Source: Scyliorhinus canicula (Eukaryota). From it: 64,000 nt of DNA. The notes under the pieces are model-generated. The model made no database searches. It saw only the letters and a program-made list of their open reading frames with translations, and was not told the DNA's origin. Location of the stretch: NCBI RefSeq assembly GCF_902713615.1, contig NC_052165.1, positions 19,906,522 to 19,970,521 of the forward strand. The letters are read 5' to 3'. The translations under genes and the position numbers were made by a program. Below are positions 26,186 to 36,085 of the stretch, in pieces; within the stretch, counting starts at the first letter, position 1; the number at the start of each line of letters is the position of its first letter.

Positions 26186-29100
26186 CTCCTCCAGGGGCCT
26201 ATGTTACAGGGGATGGACCTGCATTAACGTTGTCAACGGTCACTATTCACAGCAGGAGGGCGATGAGCACTCACTGTGTGGAAAGCTGTCGTGCTCCTCA
26301 GGTCTGACTCCTGTATTTCTGCTGACAGTGCGCTCACACCCATCCTCGTGACGGAGTCGGCAGCAGGGGCTATTGATGTGCTTCCTGCCCTTTTCCTTCC
26401 AGGTGGTCAGTCGAGATTGTGGGTATGATAACAGCAGTTGTGATGTTTTGATGTTGGTGGGAGTGTAAGATGGAGGTGGTGAGTGAGCCAAATCAAGCCA
26501 GCTTCTTTGTCCTGGATGGTTTCATATTCTCTCGGATAGGTTCATGGCACCATACTGAAACTATTGATTGTTGTTAAAGTTGCAGTCATCCTATTCCATC
26601 ACACTCCTGAAATGTGTCTTGTTGATGGTGAAATGGCTTTGTGAATGAAACTGTAATCATAAGTGATAATTCCAAATTCTAAACCTTGTAATGGAGAGAC
26701 ATTATTGATGGACAGCAGAAGATGGTTGGTCCTAGGACACTATTATGAGGAACGCCTGCAGCAATGTCCTGGGGCTAAGATGAATACTTTCTGACAATCA
26801 CACCCAATCGATTCTCCCATTGGCTTCCCCCCTAATTCCCACTGGCACTTTTACTCAGACTCCTTAATGTCACACTTGGTCCAATGTTCCATTGATGTCG
26901 ATGGACATGATGGCAATCACTCCCACCTCACCTCTGGAACTCAATTACTTTGTCCATGTTTCTACTAAGGCTGCAAAGAAGTCTGATACTCCAGCAGAAC
27001 AAACAGAATATTGGTGAGCAGATTAATAATAATTGCTTATCGTCACAAGTAGGCTTCAATGAAGTTACTGTGAAAAGCCCCTAGTCGCCACATTCCACTG
27101 CCTGTTCGGGGAGGCCGATACGGGAATTGAACCCGCTCTGCTGGCCTTGTTTTCCATTACAAGCCAGCTGTTCAGCCCACTGAGCTAAACCCACCCCTGG
27201 TGAATTATGGGTGAATAGGTGTTACTTGATACAGTCGACAACATCTTATATTACTTTCGTGATGATAGGGATTAGATTTACGCAATGGTATTTAGTAGGA
27301 TTGGATTTGATCTGCTTTTTGTGGACAGAAAATAACTAGGGCCATTTTCTACTTTATCGAGTAGATGTCAGTGTTGTTGCTGTGTGGAGTTTGCCTTGTC
27401 TCAGTGTTGGTTTCCCCAAGGTGCTCTGTTTTCCTCCCACAGTCCAAAGCTGTCCAGATTACTGGAGGCACAGTTATGTGTGGAGCACAGATCTTCAGTA
27501 CTACAGCCCGGATGTTGCTGGAGCCCAGAAGCCTTTTTGCATCCAGAGCATTCAGCATTTCTTCATATCACATGGAGCAAATCAAATTAGCAGAAGATTG
27601 TTTCTCGTGATGGTTCGTGATCGGCGGGAGCAGAACAGTTCGAATAAGAATTTCTTGGATGTGTTGCCAATTTAATGGAATACTATAATAATGTTGCTCT
27701 TTAGTGAAGCATTTATGCTAACCACCATGCTACTGTGCTTTCTTTTACATACAGAAAATCTGCAACACAAATCTCACTGGCTATAGCTCCGGTTTCCTCC
27801 CACAGTCCAAAGATGTGTGGGTTAGGTGGACCTATCAACAGCAATAACCTATACTTAACTTCAGGTGACCGGCACTGTGCAAGTGGATAAGGCCTTTTCT
27901 TGATCACGTGGCTGGTTTGAAGAAATGGCTCTGTCTCTGCTGGGCTCATCCGTCAGGTAGTGATCGTTGGTCTTGAACTTGGCTGTCTCATCATTATGCT
28001 GCAGTTGGGCTGGTACAGGCCAGGTCCAAAAGAGACAGAACAGATGGCTGTGTCCCTTTTTATCCTTCTGAGTTTTGCGCTCTTTGGGGCGGTCCTTAAT
28101 CTTGGACCCAATTATTCTACAGGCTTCGATCACTGCCTTCTATTTTGGCCAATAAAGGGGCGGGTGCCTTGGTAGCTGGGCAGGTCCTTAGCAGTCATTG
28201 TCCTTGGCAGTTAGGTTCTCTGAGTAAAGGGAGTGGCGCCGATCAGTCTGTGGCTGTATCGGTTTCTTGAATGCAGTCCTATTGTTCTGGGGAAATGGGC
28301 CATTAGAATGCAAACAAGCGGGGGTTTCGATCAGGTCTAGCTATCTGGGTTGCAAATACACAGAAGCTCTGTATCTGTCTGAGTCCTGGGTTGGCCATAA
28401 TTCCCATTGTCCTTTGCAGATGGCCATCTCAGACGGCTACAGATGTATTCAAGATAATTGTCTGGAACATTATGGGTGCCGTCATAACTGTCTTTCACCC
28501 CCCCCCCCCCCCCCCCCCCACCCTTCATATACACCCCTCATCCCTCCTTTCTTGGGCATGTACCCCCTCAGGCCCTGACCTTTGGCAGTACCTCCCTTGG
28601 CACTCAGATACTGGAACCGTGGAATTCTGGCAACAGTCCTGCCAACCTGGCAGTGCCACCCGGGCACCTTGGCAGTGCCAAGGAGCCAGCCTGGCAGTGC
28701 CTATGTGCTCAGTGCCAGATGGAGAGCCAGGCTGCCATCAAGGCAAACATTAGATTTTATCGTAGATCACCTCCTCCGATACACGTATCCAGAATCGACA
28801 ATAAAGATGTCCAAAGATGTGCAGGTTGGGTGGATTGGCCATGAAAAATTGTCCAAAATTCTATGATTAACCTAGGACAAAAGTTCGGCGCAACATCATG
28901 GGCCGAAGGGCCTGTTCTGTGCTGTATTTCTCTATATATTAAATAAGTTAAACATGAATTAACAGGCAAATTGTGGTTGATGATTAATTACACATTAAAT
29001 GGCAGATCCAATCAGAACAGATCTTATGTTTTGGCTGAACAGTCTACTCAGCATCTATGTCATTGCTCTCAGTCACTAAGTACTTCAATGCCCTATCTTC

Positions 29101-29614
29101 CATATGAAGAATTTCAATTCCTCTCCTTCTCGGATGTTACCTGATCCCCAGCTGACAGCAATACACAGCCAAGCCGAATTCCATGAGCATGGTCTTCACC
29201 ACAAAATAGCCAATGTCTGCACAACCTCCTCAACTTGGTCTGGATGGCATAGATCAACTAATGTTAGCTTCAAATAATGGAAACAGCTCTAACAACCTAT
29301 TCTCAGCTCATGGACCTGGACTCTTCAGCTTGTTGGTTACTGCCCCACTGGACTCAACTGTGGCTACTGAGCTTGGTTGGTTCTGCCTCCTTTATACAGC
29401 CTCAACCAGTTTAGTCTGCCTAGAGGGTTTAGTTTCCAAATCTCAGGTTCAGTTCTTTAGAGACTAGGACAGCCGGTTTCTTTTCTCGGTTTCCTTTTCT
29501 GGTTTTCCCTTTCAGTTTCTGTTTTCAGTTTCCATATTCTGCCTAAAAAAAATCAAAAATTCTGAAAGTGCAGGTTCCATCACAGCAGGCGGTGGAATTG
29601 AGATACAGACGAGC

Positions 29615-29914
29615 CGTAGAATCCCTACAGTGCATAAAGAGGCCATTCAGCCCTTTGAGGCTGCACTGACCCTCCGAAAGAGCACCCTACCTAGGTCCAC
29701 TTCCCTGTCCTATTTATCCAACCCTGTGCTTTAATCATGGCCAACCTACCTAATCTGCACATCTTTGGACTGTGGGCGGAAGCTAGAGCACCCGGAGGAA
29801 ACCCATGCAGACACAAGGCAAGCTCCACACAAACAGTGACCCAGGCAGGAATCGAACCTTGGTCCCTGGCACTATGAGGTAGCAGTCCCTAACCACTGTG
29901 CCATCTTTCTGCCC
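29615..29914 (-). mobile_element. HE1-type SINE, diverged
   Basis: Homologous body and tail. Confidence 0.8.
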
Positions 29915-31159
29915 TGCTATGGTGTCCTTGAATGGTGGAACATGGCCCTAAATGGTCTATGCCAGTTTCTTTGACGTTGAAACAATGGTTTCAACAACAA
30001 TGAAACAAACGTGGTTGACTTGTAATTTTGAGCCAATTTCAAGTTACAAAGTTGATAGAATATCACACAGCCAAAGGAGTAAAGGATGATAGATAAGTCA
30101 GAGAAAGCAATGATCTGAATATTTTATACCTGGGCTGAACCTTCCCACACTGTGTCTATTTCAGGACATCAACAAATAAGATGGACATTTGAGTGCTACA
30201 GGCACTAAGTGGATGTGAGTGTTGAACAAAGACTATATATACTTTGCATGGTGGAAAGGGGGAGTCATAGAGTTGATTTCATAAAGCATAGAAAAAGTTA
30301 ACCCCACAACATTGAATTACACTGCAATATACTTCTGGAATATACATTCAAACTAGTGGAAGGTAACTTCTGAAACAATATCATGGAATTTTCCTTCAAA
30401 GAGATAGAACAGTGGAGGAAAATACTCTGAAAACACCTGCATGATACAAATTAGGCGTGTTGGCTGGGAGAGGGGGTGGGTGGCGGTGGGGGCTAGCATC
30501 CTCTGGATGGCTGAATTAAGATGGGCCGAATAACTATACTCGCCTGTGCTTATCTCATGAAAAAGTTACTTGCCAGCTCTAGGTTAGGTTTAAGGTGGAA
30601 GGGTAAGGTAAGCTGCTCGCTGGTCCATGCCTTCAGCCTCTTACCTCGCAACTGAGAATGGTCCACCCCTATGTTCCCTCCATCTTGCATCATGAAAGTC
30701 CTTCATCATCGCATTAACCTGGAACGGCCAATTGAGGGAAGTTAGCGGTCAGGTCGCACCCTGATGGTCACAATGGGAATTTGCTGCCTTTCGCGGTTGG
30801 ATTCTCCACCTTTATAGAAAAGACAACATTCAGAAGCTCCCAGCAACCGCGGGACCTGGTCTTGCGATTGGTGCATCGTCTCAATGAAGCGTCAGAGAGA
30901 AAGGTGTTGTTTGCCGTTACTATGACTCCCAAATAATCCGCTCTGAAACTCGCCTATTTAACCGCCATCCTTTGTTCCACTCAACTACTGAGCTGGGTCT
31001 CAGTATCTCCCAAGCATCAGGCGTGCTGTAACACCCCGTTTGTTAAATTACCCGCACATTCCTGCTCCCTTGTTGTTCCCAGAACGTTTAAGTGAAGGAA
31101 AGAAAAAAACATCTGCAGTGAGTGTTCTGACAGCTGGGCGACAGTCTGGGGAGTAAGTT

Positions 31160-31378
31160 GGCACATTCTCCACGTGTCTGCGTGGGTTTGCTTTTCTCCC
31201 ACAAAAATGTGCAGGTTAGGTGGATTGACCACCCTAAATTGTTCCTTAGTGTCCAAAAGTAGGGTGGGTTACCAGGATAGGACATGGGAGTGGGCCTGGG
31301 TAGGGTGCTCTCTGGGAAGGTTGGTGCAGACTCGATGGGCCGAATGGCCTCCTTCTGCACTGTAAAGTCTATGATTCT
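31160..31378 (+). mobile_element. HE1-type SINE, 5'-truncated
   Basis: Homologous body and tail. Confidence 0.8.
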
Positions 31379-32814
31379 AAAGGTTATTTTGGACCTAATT
31401 TTAAAGTAGCAATCTGAAAGTGACATCTTGAACGATCCAATGGTTTATAAACCCTGGGTGCGATTCTCCGGAAAGATTTCCAAGTGTGGTAGAGATTGGG
31501 AACTACTGCGGGCTTCCCGGTGTGCGGCCCAGCGAGGCCGGCAATGCTATTCAACATTAATTGGCCCAATTAATGAGGTTTCACGTGCTTAACACTGCTA
31601 ATAAAGACTCGCCAACCGATTTGCCGGGACTGCGCTCGCCAGCCCCCCGCTAACAAGGTCAAGCAGCACATAAACAGCACAGCCAACCCCACTCAGCTCG
31701 TATCCATGGCACTGAGAAGACCGGCCCCAAGATTTGGAGATGTGGACCTGGGGAGGCTCCTAAATGCAGTTGAGGCTGGGAGAGATGTCCTGTTCCCGCG
31801 AGGGTCCTGGAGGGTGAGCCACAGGGCAGCCAGTGCCACTTGAGATGAAGTGGCAGCGGCCATCAGCTCAGGCAGTGACCAGGAGGTCCGGCACCTCGTG
31901 CCGCAAGAGGGCCAATGACCTACACCAGGCCGCACGCGTGTGTTGACACACACACCCCCCCGACACCTTCCTACTCCCATGCAAACAGCTCCCCAATCTG
32001 CTATTAGCCCCTCCCACACTCCCTAAGCCCCCTCCAACCCTCCCTTCACCCCTCCCTTCACTCACTCCCTCACCACTGGGAACCACACATGCGGCATAAC
32101 AATGCCCTCTCTGTGTATCCGCAGAAGAAGCTGCCCCAGCATTGTTGAGAGAGAGCCCAGACTAGTGATGGGGTGCCAGACATAAGAATCATCGCGCGAT
32201 TCAAGGAACGGGCCCTGGAGGTGACGAGTGTGACCACGGACAGAGTGGTCACCAATGCAGAGGTCGGCGCATGCTGCAGAGGTGAGGATCCACCGGACCC
32301 CACCCAGAGGACCTGCCTAACATGAGTTGTTATTGCCCTACAGACTGACCCATCCCTCCCACTGACCACATGTCCATTCTCCTGCAGGACCTCCTGCCGA
32401 CACCGTCGGCCCATCTGGGGTTGTCCCACTCCTGCCTCCCAGGAGAACAGCTTGGAGGAGAGCTCCGAGGATGCAACGATCATTGCGTCACAGCTGTCAC
32501 CCCCACCCCCCCACCAGCGCAGAGTCATGTACCTCGGTGGACGACGTTAGTCGTCAGGCTTCTGTGGCACAATCTGGTCAGCACCACACTGTTGCTGATA
32601 TACATCAGGTGAAGGTAGGAACCCCCAAGCGAGACAGCAGTTGGAAGGCTGCTAGATCCCAGGATGCAGCTGGGTCCCAGTCAGATGCTGAGCTCCTGGA
32701 ACAAGTTTACCTGGAGCTGATGCAGATGTTAGAGTTTGGCCAGTACATTCAGAGGGGGATGTCAGCAACACTCTGGCAGGTCCATAGCCAATTGGAGGAG
32801 TCCTAGAGGCTACT

Positions 32815-34258
32815 TGTTTTTGAAAACTCACCACTCTTCTTAGAATTCCCCCTATACCAAAAGGCCGACATTCTAAATGGTGAACAGGAATTCTCACTCC
32901 CTGACTCCGATGCAGGCTTCAGTGGGTGCCATTCAGGTCAAACTATATTTTCAAGTTATCCCCCAGCATAACCCATACCTTGATCGAAGATTTTATCTAC
33001 TTACCACTTAGTAGCATCGATGTCTTGGGTCCCGCATTGCTAAGTAAGTAACGTAGACTTTAGGAAAAAAACACTTTTTCAGGTTAAGTAAGTTATTTTA
33101 TTATTATATTTTTTCTTTTAAAAGCTGCAAACACTTTCTTTACAGAAAGATCTTGCTTCTGGATCCTGCTGGTTGGTTGAAGGGACCTTCAGGCCCACCT
33201 TGACACTCAATCTTCTTTAAATTCTGGTCTTCTTGGGATGTATTCGCTGGTTAGCTCTGTTGCTATGTCTTGTCGATCCATGTACTGAGCTATAAGAGCT
33301 AACTCTGCTAGCTATCTCTAAGCTGACTCTGACTCCGGTTTAAATTCTAGTCTTCCTTAGATGTATAGCTGTTTAAACTCGGCTGCTTGCCTTGTCTTTC
33401 CCATGACCGAGCTCTCTCTCTCTCTCTCTCTCTGAGTTCTTCTCCCCTTCTCTCCTGTTGCTGTTGCTGTTGCTGTTGCTCTTCTGCTTCTGCTCCCTGG
33501 GTTTATATTCTCTTTCTAACAATTATTAAGTTTCGAGAGCCTTATTGTAAATTAACTTATTTCCCTTTGATTGTTAAAAAGTATCTTTGATGTAAACATT
33601 CTAATACAACTAAATCTTCAATTTGGGCATAAAGTCACCTCCCAGATCTGATTACAAAATGCTTTGGTTTCAATAGGTGTTACTTTTATTTCTGTGATTT
33701 CGAATCGTTTAATTTTCCAATTGTCCCCAGCTCTTAACTTTGCCTTTGGTTTTGACTTTAAATTATGTTTCTTGTAGACAGGTCGTCTCCAATTTGCTTT
33801 TAATTGACTTGATGTTAGTAGAATTTTACACTTAGAATTAACACCAAATTCGACTGAGCATCATCCATCCTTTCCAGCTGTTTACTAAGAGAGTTCATTT
33901 CAATTAAGGTGTGAAACTTTGCTTTTAGCTGTATGCTAAAATTTAACTTGGTTATGACTTGAAAGACCTGCCTGATTTAAACATTCGTCACTTAATTCAA
34001 TTGAAACTCTCATCCATGCTTTTCCAGATGCTTCCTGAGATAGTTACTTTCAATGAAGGTGTGAGCCATTGTTTTAGCTTACCACAAGGGTCCTGTATGT
34101 TTGATAAACCTGCTTGTGAGAAAGAATCTGCATTTTATAATCCTGCTCTTTGCAGCTGCTATTAACCTTTTGTGGGATCTTTCCCTGTATCCTCTCAAAC
34201 CAGATATTGCCAGACTTCCATGTTTCAAATTACACATTTTTCTGTATTTTCAATTACA
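32815..34258 (-). mobile_element. Solo LTR of 1444 bp
   Basis: TG...CA ends; 4-bp TSD TACT at 32811-32814 and 34259-34262; TATA-like and AATAAA motifs on the minus strand; internal (CT)n and (TGTTGC)n runs; orientation inferred. Confidence 0.8.
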
Positions 34259-34646
34259 TACTGGTGCAGGGGATGTCGCCGGAAATGAGTGGCACAGAGA
34301 CCACCGCTGCTAGGGTAGCAACCTGTGGTGGTATGATTAGCATAGCTGCCTGCCATTGGTGCAGAATACCGGTTTACCATTGGCCCTGGTCGGTCATGTG
34401 TCTCTCGACCGGTTGGTTGAAACCAGTCATGTGACGGCTCCCCGATTGGTCGAGAGGCTGAATTAACCCCGCCTCCAGGGCGGGGTAGAAATGCCCAGTG
34501 CTCCCGGTGGTCGTCCTTCTACTGTAATCGACCGCAGGGCTTAACATCTAGTATATTAAAGCCATACTTTTGTTCAGCAACTCGTCTCGCGTTCAATTGA
34601 TGGTACATCAATTTAATATACTAGAAATTTGAAGATGGAGCTCCGG

Positions 34647-34994
34647 TTCATAGAATTTACAGTGCAGAAGGAGGCCATTCGGCCCATCGAGTCTGCATCG
34701 GCTCCTGGAAAGAGCACCCTACCCAAGGTTAACACCTCCACCCTATCCCCATAACCCAGTAACCCCACCCAACACTAAGGGCAATTTTGGACACTAAGGG
34801 CAATTTATCATGGCCAATCCACCTAACCTGCACATCTTTGGACTGTGGGAGGAAACCGGAGCACCCGGAGGAAACCCACGCACACACGGGGAGGATGTGC
34901 AGACTCCGCACAGACAGTGACCCAAGCCGGAATCAAACCTGGGACCCTGGAGCTGTGAAGCGATTGTGCTAACCACAATGCTACCGTGCTGCCC
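34647..34994 (-). mobile_element. Young HE1-type SINE inserted just after the Gypsy gag start
   Basis: Near-identical to the 15788 copy; splits MELR...CLRISPQ. Confidence 0.92.
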
Positions 34995-35933
34995 AACTGC
35001 CTCCGCATCAGCCCGCAAACTACGAACGCATCGGCAATCTTCAAGCATTGGCTGCCGTGTTTCGATAGCTATCTGGCGACCGCAAGCAGCCCCCCCACCT
35101 TGGCACAGAAACTTCATATTCTCCATTCCAGCGAGGGCATGGCAGCCTACGTGATGATAGAGGAAGAAAAGGAATATGACGTGGCCATGGATATGCTAAA
35201 AGGACAATTTCTTAAGCCGGTAAACCGAGTGTACGCCCGACATCTGATGGCTACCAGACAACAGCTCCCCGGTGAGTCCTTAGATGATTTTTACCGGGCC
35301 CTCGCTGTCCTGGGGAGGAATTGCGCCTGCCTCCAAGTTTCAGCCACTGAGCACATGGAACTTTTAATCAGAGATGCTTACGTGGCTGGGATGCAGTCCG
35401 CCGCAATCCGCCAGCGGCTGCTGGAAAAAGACGACCTCAGCCTAACTGAGGCACGGACTCTCTCCACCTCCCTGGAGGTCGCTGACTTAAATGCCCGCGC
35501 CTATGCCCCCAGCCGCGCTGCAACGCCCTGGGCCTCCTGGCACGCTTCCCCACCGCCATCCGCCGCTCTCGACCCCCCTCAGTCCTGCGCCGCGGGACGC
35601 CCCGACAAGTCCATGGGGCCCCGCTGCTATTTCTGTGGGCTTGCCAAACACCCCCGCCCGTGCTGCCCAGCCCGCTCCCCCCTTTGTAAGAGCTGCGGGA
35701 AGAAGGGCCATTTTTAGACGGTCTGCCAGGCCAAATCGGTTGCTGCTGTGCCGCGCAGCGACCGGGGATCTCCTCCTCCGGGCCCTTCCAGGTCCTTCCA
35801 GTCCACCGCATCAATCTCCCCCCCCCCCCCCGGCCCCCGGGCCCCTGCGTCCGGCCTGCGCGCCTCTTTGCCCCCGCTCTCAACCGCTCCGAGGGCCCGC
35901 TGGCACCGCTAACCCCGCCCCCAGCAACCACGA

Positions 35934-36085
35934 GGGTCCTGCGGGCGCCGCCATCTTGGGCCCCGGACACCAGGTGCGGGTCCTGGGCTCCGCCATCTTG
36001 GGGCCCCAACTCCACGTGCGGGTCCTGGGTGCCGCCATCTTGGGGCGCCGACCCCACGTGCGGGTCCTGGGCGCCGCCATCCTGG
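35934..36085 (+). repeat. 42-bp tandem repeat (4 units) between gag and protease of the Gypsy
   Basis: CGCCATC recurs at 35949, 35991, 36033 and 36075. Confidence 0.9.

Noticed and set aside
19941-26227. Long Pro-rich ORFs (421, 321, 213 aa and others)
   Set aside because: They are translations of the stop-poor minisatellite, open in several frames, with no gene structure.
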